Shown: positions 48,845-57,521 of the stretch, in pieces
How the letters are laid out: the number at the start of each line of letters is the position of its first letter
Numbering within the stretch: position 1 is the stretch's first letter
Sequence record: OP380601.1
DNA length: 64,000 nt
Direction: 5' to 3' (one strand)
Program-made: the position numbers and the translations under genes
The notes under the pieces: model-generated
The model's input: the letters and a program-made list of their open reading frames with translations, nothing else
Database searches by the model: none
What the model was told of the DNA's origin: nothing

Positions 48845-49204
48845 ATGGAAAATAGTGATTTAGATTATATTTTGACAGTTGTTGAAGTTCTTGAAAATGT
48901 ATCAAATAGTAAATTCCCAGAATGGTGGGATTATGATATTGGTTTGTGTAACCAAAGTTGGAATTTGTGTGTAGATTTTAAAAAATACGAAACTGATTGT
49001 TATTACTCCCTTACTGATGTAATTCAAAATCATGTGGAAGATTGGGATGATTATTCCGGTAATATAAATTATCCGGTCAAGTCCCCGCGAGGATTGACAC
49101 CATTTGATGAATATGTCGAAGTAGATAATTACTACTATGGAACATATGGTGAAAGCCGGAAACGTCTAGCACAATTTTTGTCTGAAAAATTAAATGAGGT
49201 TTAA
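48845..49204 (+). CDS. Hypothetical protein
   Basis: 119-aa acidic ORF. Confidence 0.75.
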   Translation: MENSDLDYILTVVEVLENVSNSKFPEWWDYDIGLCNQSWNLCVDFKKYETDCYYSLTDVIQNHVEDWDDYSGNINYPVKSPRGLTPFDEYVEVDNYYYGTYGESRKRLAQFLSEKLNEV

Positions 49205-49206
49205 AA

Positions 49207-49698
49207 ATGGAAATGAATTTTATTAGTGGTTTCGAATATGATGTAATGCCGGATTTTCAACGTGAGGGAGATGCCGCTATTGATCTGCGAACCCCAGAAA
49301 CCGTTATGTTGAAACCGGGTGAGGATATCGTTATCAATACCGGTATGAGGTTTGATATGAGTCAAATTGAAACTGGTATTGAAGGCGTTGGTATCGCGGC
49401 AATGATCCTCCCACGTTCGGGTCTTGGATTTAAATTCTATACTCGACTTGCTAATACTGTCGGTCTTATTGACGGAAATTATCAAGGCGAGATTATGGTT
49501 AAAGTTCGAAATGAACATATTGTGAATGAAGATGACCCAATGACTTTTAGCAAAGTTCTTCATATTCCGAAAGGTGAGCGGTTTTGTCAGATGGTGTTTA
49601 TCCCAGTATTCAACAAGATTAAGTTTAATCGGGTTGATGATTTTGAAACACAAACAGTTCGTGGGTCTGCTGGGATCGGTTCTTCGGGGACCAAATGA
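49207..49698 (+). CDS. dut: Trimeric dUTPase
   Basis: AAIDL, PRSGL, GLIDGNYQGE, GERFCQ, RG..G.GSSG. Confidence 0.96.
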   Translation: MEMNFISGFEYDVMPDFQREGDAAIDLRTPETVMLKPGEDIVINTGMRFDMSQIETGIEGVGIAAMILPRSGLGFKFYTRLANTVGLIDGNYQGEIMVKVRNEHIVNEDDPMTFSKVLHIPKGERFCQMVFIPVFNKIKFNRVDDFETQTVRGSAGIGSSGTK

Positions 49699-50357
49699 TG
49701 GTTACTGACTTTATTATTGACTTTGAATCGTTAGATGTATGTGAATCTGCAATTTTGATTGAAGCTTCTATAATTCCGTTTAATATGGATATTGTGAATG
49801 TACCATCGTTTAATAGTCTGGTATCAAACGGAATTAAAATTAAGTTTAATATTAAGTCTCAGAAGGCTCTAGGACGCACTACCAGCGTTTCCACAATCGA
49901 GTGGTGGAAACGTCAGGGAGATGATGCTAAACTTCTCCTGAAGCCATCGGACGAAGATGTGACTATGGTTGAAGGCTTAACTCAGCTTAGGGAATTCCTA
50001 AACGAAAATAATATAAACTTCAAGAAGTCTCACTTCTGGACTCGGGGAGAAATGGATATAATTTGGTTGCGTAGTTGGATAATTTCTGCTATGGGGATTC
50101 CCCCGAGCGAAGTAACCAACGAGGCTCCGGTTATGTTTAACAATTTCCGTGAGATTCGAACGGTTATTGAAGATAACCTTGGAAGGGACCAAACATATTG
50201 TCCTTTACCGGTTGGAAGTCTTCCAGATTTCACAAAACATAACTCATTACATGATTGCGCTCGCGATGTATTGATGATAATCTATTCAAAACGTTACTCT
50301 CATGGGCTTGAAGATATTCCAGCCGAGATAGATCCTAACTCAAAAAGAGGTTATTGA
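49695..50357 (+). CDS. dexA: Exonuclease DexA
   Basis: FIIDFE, STIEWWK, HNSLHDCARD. Confidence 0.93.
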   Translation: MMVTDFIIDFESLDVCESAILIEASIIPFNMDIVNVPSFNSLVSNGIKIKFNIKSQKALGRTTSVSTIEWWKRQGDDAKLLLKPSDEDVTMVEGLTQLREFLNENNINFKKSHFWTRGEMDIIWLRSWIISAMGIPPSEVTNEAPVMFNNFREIRTVIEDNLGRDQTYCPLPVGSLPDFTKHNSLHDCARDVLMIIYSKRYSHGLEDIPAEIDPNSKRGY

Positions 50358-50359
50358 AA

Positions 50360-50533
50360 ATGAAACAAGTATCTGTTGAAGTATTCGAACAAGTTGCGTA
50401 TGCTGATGGTGTTGTATCCCGTACTTGCTACGAACCAGAAGGGTTTTCCCAAAACTTTTACTTGGATGGTAAACTTGTAGCGGTTTATGAAAACTATGAT
50501 GTTGACGCATATCTGGTACATGATGATGCATAA
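50360..50533 (+). CDS. Hypothetical 57-aa protein (MKQVSVEVFEQ...)
   Basis: Hand translation; GAGG SD. Confidence 0.65.
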   Translation: MKQVSVEVFEQVAYADGVVSRTCYEPEGFSQNFYLDGKLVAVYENYDVDAYLVHDDA

Positions 50534-50927
50534 ACAATTTGAATGGTGGAACGACCCTATTGGCGTTCCATATACCAGCCCATCATATCAGGATTGGCCC
50601 AATCACTTTTGGGATCCCAATATATGGAAAAATTGTGGTGATTGGGGAATGCCTAACCGTGGATACAAACCTAAACCAACGAATGTCGGGGTGGATAATA
50701 AAACCACATCAAAGCCGTGCATTTCTTGGTTCCACTATAAAATCACCCGTCAAGAATATGAAATGATGATAGGTTCGGATCCTATGTTTATGGTAGTTCC
50801 CATGGGTGAGTTTACGTTTTTCCGTCACTATGATAAACTAGCTGACGGTAGGTTGCGGTATTTGGTTACTAAGGTAACTGGTTCTCCTAGCTTTACAGAA
50901 TATTATATTGAAAAACTGGGGGAGTGA
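50526..50927 (+). CDS. Hypothetical Trp/Pro-rich protein
   Basis: ORF coupled to the upstream stop; start uncertain. Confidence 0.65.
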   Translation: MHKQFEWWNDPIGVPYTSPSYQDWPNHFWDPNIWKNCGDWGMPNRGYKPKPTNVGVDNKTTSKPCISWFHYKITRQEYEMMIGSDPMFMVVPMGEFTFFRHYDKLADGRLRYLVTKVTGSPSFTEYYIEKLGE

Positions 50928-50950
50928 TCCCCCATATTTTGGAGAATTTA

Positions 50951-52954
50951 ATGAAAGATCAAGAAGGTCGCATTTTAAGTGACTATGAACATATATTTAT
51001 GTCTTCTGATATGTATGTCGGTTCTTTGGCAGAAGAGACACATCAGATATTGGAAAATGGTAAGTTTGTAAGCAAGAGCTATATTCCGGGTCTTGTTAAA
51101 ATCATTGATGAAATCATTGATAACTCCGTTGATGAAGCGATCCGAACCGATTTTAAATATGCAAATAAAATTGATATCGTAGTTGATGATCAAACAAACC
51201 AAGTAACTATATCAGATAACGGTAGAGGTATACCGCAATATGATGTAACCACACCAGAGGGAGATGTAATTCCATACCCCCAAGCGTGTTATACTCGGGC
51301 ACGGGCTGGGGGTAACTTCGTAAAAGAACGTAAAGGTATTGGTAAAAATGGTGTTGGTTCAGTTCTGACTAACCTATATTCTACTATGTTTCGAGCAACC
51401 ACATGTGATGGTAAAAATACAGTTACTATCTATTGTACCCAAAATGCCGAACATCAATCTTACACAAAGAAAAAAGGTGGCACTCAAGGTACTACTGTTG
51501 AGTTTATCCCAGATTTACTTGACAAGTTTGGTATATTTGGTGGTATACCTAGCGATATTGTTGATGTTATTAAATCTCGCGTTGAAATTTTGTCTGTATT
51601 GTTTCCACAAGTTAAGTTCACGTTCAATAAAAAGAAAGTGGATTCCAAATTCAAGAAATTTGCTAGTGATTTTGGTGATCCGGTAATCTTTGAGAATGAT
51701 AAATGTTCATTCTTCATAGGTACTTCTGACGAATTCCGTCAGTTGAGTTATGTGAATGGTGTACATACTAAGCAAGGCGGAAACCACGTAGAATATTTGA
51801 TAAACGGTTTGTGTGATGAACTGACTCCAATGATTAAACGAAAGTTTAAGGTGGAGATCAATAAATCACGAATTAAAGAAAATACATTGATTTTTATGTC
51901 TCTTCGTGGATTTGAAGGTGCTAAGTTTGACGGTCAGACAAAAGAAAGACTGAGTAATTCCAATGGTCAAATAAAGGATCATTGTGATATTGATCTAAAA
52001 GCAATTGCAAAAAAGATGATATCCAACGATTCAGTCATTATGCCTATTGTTGAAAGTGCAATTGCAAAACGGGATGCCGTAGAAAAAGCTCTCGCAACAA
52101 AAGCACAAAAGAAGGCGCTCACATCCAACGTTCCAAAACATATTCAGGCTAACAAATATGGGAAGAAAGGATTTGAAACCGTTCTATTCTTAACTGAGGG
52201 TGATTCCGCATTAGGATTCCTTGGTGCAACCCGAGATCATGACACACAAGGTGGCTTCCCTCTTCGTGGTAAAATGTTGTCTGTTCACAAGATATCAGAC
52301 AAAACCAAAGTATTGAAAAATGCAGAGATCACCAATATCATTTCCATTTTGGGAATAACTCTTGATGATACTAAAGAATTGCCGAGTGGTGACTTTTATC
52401 GAAATGGTGATCTTGTTGTTGCTGAAAACGATGAAATGATTGTTAATGGTAAATGGGTGCAAACCCGAGATATTATTACAGGCAATGATTGGACTCGCGA
52501 ACTTAAACCTGATATGGTTCATTATAGAAATCAAACCAACGTAAGACGTAATACCGCAGCGAATTATGACTATGTTTCTATTCTTGTTGATGCGGATCCG
52601 GATGGTCGTGGACACATCAGCAACCTGATCATTTCATTGTTCCATAAGTATTGGAAACACTACATTGACCAAGGACGTTTGTTGGTATGTCGTACCCCTG
52701 AGTATATCAGTAGAAAGGGTAAGGATGTTGTTTGGTGTTATGATACCGTGGAATTTAACAATAAGAAATTTGCGGGTACTGGTTGGAAACATGAACATGT
52801 TAAGGGATTGGGGCAGTTGAACAAGGAAGATTACAAGAAGTGTATCCGAGATCCTTACATGGAGCGGGTTCGTATAGATGAGGCTGCTGGGGAATCTTTA
52901 GAGATGTTCTTTGGTAATGAATCTGACTTGCGTAAAGCTTGGATGGATGAGTAA
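50951..52954 (+). CDS. gp39+60: Type II topoisomerase large subunit, genes 39 and 60 fused
   Basis: EIIDNSVDE, DNGRGIP, GKNGVG, TEGDSA, PLRGK, DADPDG, KGLG. Confidence 0.96.
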   Translation: MKDQEGRILSDYEHIFMSSDMYVGSLAEETHQILENGKFVSKSYIPGLVKIIDEIIDNSVDEAIRTDFKYANKIDIVVDDQTNQVTISDNGRGIPQYDVTTPEGDVIPYPQACYTRARAGGNFVKERKGIGKNGVGSVLTNLYSTMFRATTCDGKNTVTIYCTQNAEHQSYTKKKGGTQGTTVEFIPDLLDKFGIFGGIPSDIVDVIKSRVEILSVLFPQVKFTFNKKKVDSKFKKFASDFGDPVIFENDKCSFFIGTSDEFRQLSYVNGVHTKQGGNHVEYLINGLCDELTPMIKRKFKVEINKSRIKENTLIFMSLRGFEGAKFDGQTKERLSNSNGQIKDHCDIDLKAIAKKMISNDSVIMPIVESAIAKRDAVEKALATKAQKKALTSNVPKHIQANKYGKKGFETVLFLTEGDSALGFLGATRDHDTQGGFPLRGKMLSVHKISDKTKVLKNAEITNIISILGITLDDTKELPSGDFYRNGDLVVAENDEMIVNGKWVQTRDIITGNDWTRELKPDMVHYRNQTNVRRNTAANYDYVSILVDADPDGRGHISNLIISLFHKYWKHYIDQGRLLVCRTPEYISRKGKDVVWCYDTVEFNNKKFAGTGWKHEHVKGLGQLNKEDYKKCIRDPYMERVRIDEAAGESLEMFFGNESDLRKAWMDE

Positions 52955-52959
52955 AAATA

Positions 52960-52982
52960 AAAGGGAACAAATAGTTCCCTTT
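52960..52982 (+). terminator. Terminator
   Basis: AAAGGGAAC-AAATA-GTTCCCTTT then T-rich. Confidence 0.85.
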
Positions 52983-53027
52983 TTCTTTTTCTTGTGTATA
53001 ATAGATAAAAATTATGAGGCAATTGAT

Positions 53028-53360
53028 ATGAAAAACAACTTAAGTAACATTTCACATAAAACAAGTCCTACTCTGTCTATTGGCGACAAGAAACCTGTCT
53101 GGTTCATCCGTGATAAGGTTGTTGGATGGTATGAACAGTCGATTATTGAATGGAAAGAATGGTGTGACGAGGACGGGATCGAACCCATTGATGAGGTTTG
53201 GCGAGAAGTAAACAAACTACTTGATGCATTGAAGACCGAAACTTATATCACAAAGAAAACGGTTGACTGGAAGATTGTTATGGGGTATTCTCCGGATCTA
53301 GATAAATTAGCTCTAGACTGGTTGGATTTGTATCTGGATTTTGAGGTGAAGAAAAATTAA
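53028..53360 (+). CDS. Hypothetical protein
   Basis: ATG 53028 after GAGG. Confidence 0.75.
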   Translation: MKNNLSNISHKTSPTLSIGDKKPVWFIRDKVVGWYEQSIIEWKEWCDEDGIEPIDEVWREVNKLLDALKTETYITKKTVDWKIVMGYSPDLDKLALDWLDLYLDFEVKKN

Positions 53361-53619
53361 ATTTCGTTTTGAAAGTGATATAACCAAACAACAATTTCTG
53401 GACATGGACCAGATCTATGAAATTGGAGATAATCCCAATCATACAATAGTTGACTATCTTGATAAATATGGTTATGATGAGTTTTATCTAGTGTCAGTTG
53501 ATTATCAGGAAGATAAATTTGTGATTGACATGGAACCAGAAACCCCGTTGGAATTGGAAAGCTTATTCTATCATTTTTCCTCTTCTGACATTTCAAATTT
53601 CCTAACTATGGTTGAATAA
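53356..53619 (+). CDS. Small acidic protein, paralog of 53623-53895; probable ATT start
   Basis: GAGGTG 7 nt before ATT; homology to its neighbour extends to this point. Confidence 0.7.
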   Translation: MKFRFESDITKQQFLDMDQIYEIGDNPNHTIVDYLDKYGYDEFYLVSVDYQEDKFVIDMEPETPLELESLFYHFSSSDISNFLTMVE

Positions 53620-53622
53620 ATT

Positions 53623-53895
53623 ATGAAAAAGTATCGTTTTAAAAGTGAAAATCATAAACAAGAATTCGCAAGTGATTGTTTTAATCACGCGGGGCAAGAA
53701 GATCTTAAAACATATAATCAAGCCGTAATCGAATTTCTAGATGCAGAAGGTCTTGACGAATTTTATATTGACAATGAAGATGATGAAGCATGGATTATGG
53801 TTGATGGTTCCCCCGCAATTATTATGCATTTTGATGCAGCCCTACTTTTTCATCTATACCAAGAAGATATCGAAGAATATATGGTAGAAGTTTAA
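53623..53895 (+). CDS. Small acidic protein (KYRFKSE family)
   Basis: 90-aa ORF; tandem paralog. Confidence 0.8.
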   Translation: MKKYRFKSENHKQEFASDCFNHAGQEDLKTYNQAVIEFLDAEGLDEFYIDNEDDEAWIMVDGSPAIIMHFDAALLFHLYQEDIEEYMVEV

Positions 53896-53920
53896 TTTTG
53901 GGTTATGAGGATTTTATAAT

Positions 53921-56155
53921 ATGAAGATGGTTGAAATGAAGACACCAATTTATGGTGATACTCAAGGCGAAGTGAAACAGTTTGGTATGGTGCAATCTTC
54001 AAAGGCATATACCATACTGTCTTCCGGATTGTATAAGTTCAAGATCCGCGCATTTATTCGAGAGCTGAGTTGTAACGCAATCGACGGTCATATTGCACTT
54101 GCATTGCAGGGCAAACCGGTACACAAACAATTTGATGTAGAGTTGCCTTCAGAATTGAGCCTTCAATGGCGTTTGCGGGATTATGGCATTGGTCTTTCTC
54201 CGGAAGGTATTGATGCTCTGTTTACAACTTATTTTGCATCAACCAAAGAAGAATCAGATGATTTTATCGGTGCTTTTGGTTTGGGTTCAAAAAGTCCATT
54301 CTGTTACACCACAACCTTTACAGTTACATCTTGGTTTGATGGGGTAAAGACGGTTTACAGTATATATATGAATAACGGGATCCCTGCCTGTGTTCCTGTC
54401 CATAGCTGTCCATCAGATGAGCATACAGGTATTGAAATTGTCGTTCCTGTAGATCAGGAAGATATTTCAGATATTCAAGAAGAAAGCCGTTTTGTTTATT
54501 ACACGTTCGATAGAAACGAATATTTCCCTAATTTCGTTGGGACTGACTTGGGTCTATGTACATATAAAGATGAACAAAAGAATATCCCACGTCTGTATGA
54601 CCACGGCACATATGCAATTATGGGGGGTGTATCGTATTCAATCCCCAGAAAGTTTATCGATGGTACAGTTTGTGAGATCTATTTCCCTAAAAACTCAACC
54701 AAGTTCATTGAATTCCCTATGGGTTCTCTTAATCCTCTTCCTAACCGTGAAGAATTGAGTTTGGATGAGCATACAATTACAACCCTTAAGAAGTATTTTA
54801 AATCACACGCTGATAAGGTATGGGACGATGTAACAATCGCAATTGCAGGATGTAAGGATGCTCGGGAGAAGATAAATAAGATCAAAGACCTTACTTTCGG
54901 TACATCGATTTTTAATTTTGTAAGCAATACGATCTATCATAATAAAAAGACTCTGAAAGAATGGGATATTTTTTATGACAATATTGAATTCGATCAATCG
55001 GTTATGAAATATCTAAAATATATTGAAGATAATCTAAAAGATCGTTCTATTGCACATATGAATGGATTTTCTAATACAAGTTATAAGATTTTTGATCGTA
55101 CTCGTTTATCTCGTTATTACTCAAATTATAAGGTGAAATTGGATTCAAAATTTGATCCAAAATACCATACTACCAAGTACAATATTCCATTGTTGATTGT
55201 TGATAACTCAGTAAAGGGATACAAAAAGAACATCCGTTCACTTCAAGAACATGGAATTATCCCTAAGAATAGTCACGGTGTTATGATGTTTAACCAGTCG
55301 GGTATGCGCTGGAATAAAAAACATGATAAAATGATTCGTGATGTTATGATCTCCATTGCAAAGCGTTATCACAAAGACGATGTATGCGTGTATGACGTTG
55401 AGAAGCTTTGGGGTATACATGGACCTGTAATTCAAGAGAAACGTGAACTAGCCCGTAAAGAAGCCCGTAAAAACGCGCCCAGATCCAATAGGGTTCGTGA
55501 TGCTGGACATTCCGTTGTGGTGTTCTACTCTGATAAAACTAATCATGAAAATATCTACGCAAAAGATGTGGATTCGTTTGATGGGTTTTATGTTATAGTC
55601 AAGGGTGGATGTTATTATGACGATGATGATACACAATTCGATCAGATTCTTGAAAACTCAAGCATGTGTAGCATGGCGGATTGGTTAGGAAAACCGGTTT
55701 ATCGTATTCCTTCAGCACTCAAAAAACGTGCAGAAAAGAATCCAAACCTTTCCCGTTTGGTTTATAATGACATTAAAGAAACTACGTATAAAAATTCGTT
55801 TCATAAATTGACTTCAGATACAGTTGGTTTTAATGTACATCGCCGATTGGTTGATAATATTTTGTTGTCGGACCCAATTAGAAAGCGTTATGATTTAGTT
55901 TCTAAAAAGTCTTGGGATGAAGATACATATCGAGAGTATATGAACTTGCTTTCTGTTACTTCTTACAACGAAAACGAGGAACTGAAGAAGTATATTTCAT
56001 CTTTTGAAGATGCTGCCGTTGAGAAATACAAAACCAATCTTGAAATATTCAAGAAAGATCATCTGGTTGTGTATACACTTCTTCATTCTGTAAAAGATAT
56101 TTCTATTTCTGATGAAGTTTGGAAATCTATTAATAAAATGGTTACTGGGGCTTAA
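53921..56155 (+). CDS. rIIA: rIIA protein
   Basis: LSSGLYKFKIRAFIRELSCNAID, DYGIGL, YFASTK, GAFGLGSKSPF (GHKL-like). Confidence 0.95.
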   Translation: MKMVEMKTPIYGDTQGEVKQFGMVQSSKAYTILSSGLYKFKIRAFIRELSCNAIDGHIALALQGKPVHKQFDVELPSELSLQWRLRDYGIGLSPEGIDALFTTYFASTKEESDDFIGAFGLGSKSPFCYTTTFTVTSWFDGVKTVYSIYMNNGIPACVPVHSCPSDEHTGIEIVVPVDQEDISDIQEESRFVYYTFDRNEYFPNFVGTDLGLCTYKDEQKNIPRLYDHGTYAIMGGVSYSIPRKFIDGTVCEIYFPKNSTKFIEFPMGSLNPLPNREELSLDEHTITTLKKYFKSHADKVWDDVTIAIAGCKDAREKINKIKDLTFGTSIFNFVSNTIYHNKKTLKEWDIFYDNIEFDQSVMKYLKYIEDNLKDRSIAHMNGFSNTSYKIFDRTRLSRYYSNYKVKLDSKFDPKYHTTKYNIPLLIVDNSVKGYKKNIRSLQEHGIIPKNSHGVMMFNQSGMRWNKKHDKMIRDVMISIAKRYHKDDVCVYDVEKLWGIHGPVIQEKRELARKEARKNAPRSNRVRDAGHSVVVFYSDKTNHENIYAKDVDSFDGFYVIVKGGCYYDDDDTQFDQILENSSMCSMADWLGKPVYRIPSALKKRAEKNPNLSRLVYNDIKETTYKNSFHKLTSDTVGFNVHRRLVDNILLSDPIRKRYDLVSKKSWDEDTYREYMNLLSVTSYNENEELKKYISSFEDAAVEKYKTNLEIFKKDHLVVYTLLHSVKDISISDEVWKSINKMVTGA

Positions 56156-56179
56156 TGCCCCTTTAAATGAGGATATAAA

Positions 56180-57415
56180 ATGAAAACTAATTATGAAAAG
56201 ATATTTGATCTTATATATGATGGTATATATGACGTAACAGGAATTAAAGTTTCATCCCGAGATATGTCAAAATCTCTGGGTAGCATTGGATTGGATGGAT
56301 TGGATGTAGTTGAATTAATCATGTATATTGAAGAAAGTCTTGATATAGACTTTCAATATATAGATTATTTTGATGATTATGACGCGATTTCAAATCTTAA
56401 TATTCAGCAACTCGCCAATCTGGTGGTTAAATATTATGATACACAACCCGTAGAACATGTTGATATTAAATTTGTTGTTGAAACGGAAAGTCGTGAAGAT
56501 AAGGTTATTCGGCTACATAAAACCGGTCTTAGTCAAAATGAAATCTCTAGACAAATTGCGGTCCCCCGATCTACTGTTGGTGATATTGTTCGGCGTTATA
56601 AAGGGATTCAGAAGCCTAAGAAAGTACACGTTAAAACTGTTGATGTGGTAGAAGAAAAGAAATCCGAGGTTTCTTGGAATGCAGGATTCAATTTCATTAA
56701 CTGTTATATTGATGGCGAAGTTATTACGGCAGATCGTAAACATCCAGCATTTGATGAAGCATTTAAAATTTTGATAGAAACGAATGATGTTATTCGTGCT
56801 GCTAGTATGTTGTCTATCAAAAAGGCAATTGAAACTTATGTAAAAGGTGATATCAAAATCGTTGGTAATACCCTGACATATAAAGATGTTGTTCTAGATA
56901 CTAACATGACTCGGCGTGTAGTTGAGATGTGGAAAACCGGTGAAGATATCGATGCTATGATCAACTTCCTTACCCGTCTGGTTAAGAACCCGCGCCGTGA
57001 GGCAGTATATGAGCTGTTTGATTTCCTGAAACACAACGATATTAAGATCACCGAAGATGGATTCTTCCTAGCGTATAAGCGCATTCGTGACGATTATACT
57101 GATATCTGGACTGGTACTTTCGATAACTCGATTGGTGCGAGCCCTCGTATGGAACCTTTCGAAGTAGATGCAGATCGAAAGAATGAGTGTTCCTGTGGTT
57201 TGCACGTTGCATCGGCTGGATACATTCCATATTATTCCCGTAGAGAAAATGACCGTGTTATCATGGTAAAGGTTGACCCTGCTAATGTTGTTGCTATCCC
57301 AGAGGGATATGACCATGCAAAACTCAGGACTTGGACTTATGATGTAATTAAGGAAGTTACATATGAATTCAAAAATGGATCTTTCAAAAATCAGTCTATT
57401 GGATTCACGTATTAA
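56180..57415 (+). CDS. rIIB: rIIB protein with N-terminal ACP-like domain and HTH
   Basis: WNAG, DRKHPAF, NPR..AV.EL.DFL, DGFFLAYKR, CSCGLHV, VKVDPANVVAIP. Confidence 0.93.
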   Translation: MKTNYEKIFDLIYDGIYDVTGIKVSSRDMSKSLGSIGLDGLDVVELIMYIEESLDIDFQYIDYFDDYDAISNLNIQQLANLVVKYYDTQPVEHVDIKFVVETESREDKVIRLHKTGLSQNEISRQIAVPRSTVGDIVRRYKGIQKPKKVHVKTVDVVEEKKSEVSWNAGFNFINCYIDGEVITADRKHPAFDEAFKILIETNDVIRAASMLSIKKAIETYVKGDIKIVGNTLTYKDVVLDTNMTRRVVEMWKTGEDIDAMINFLTRLVKNPRREAVYELFDFLKHNDIKITEDGFFLAYKRIRDDYTDIWTGTFDNSIGASPRMEPFEVDADRKNECSCGLHVASAGYIPYYSRRENDRVIMVKVDPANVVAIPEGYDHAKLRTWTYDVIKEVTYEFKNGSFKNQSIGFTY

Positions 57416-57417
57416 TT

Positions 57418-57439
57418 AAAGGGGATTAATTTCCCCTTT
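57418..57439 (+). terminator. Terminator after rIIB
   Basis: AAAGGGGA-TTAATT-TCCCCTTT-ATTTT. Confidence 0.75.
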
Positions 57440-57459
57440 ATTTTATGAGAAAAATACTT

Positions 57460-57491
57460 TGTTCATAGAAATGAGGACAATATGATATAAT
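57460..57491 (+). promoter_or_regulatory. Promoter TGTTCATAG-N14-TGA-TATAAT
   Basis: Repeated class. Confidence 0.7.
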
Positions 57492-57521
57492 GAATAAACT
57501 TAAACATAAGGTAATATTTAA

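Noticed and set aside
52550-52640. Gene 60-type ribosomal bypass
   Set aside because: Frame is continuous through DADPDG-RGH with no stop or gap
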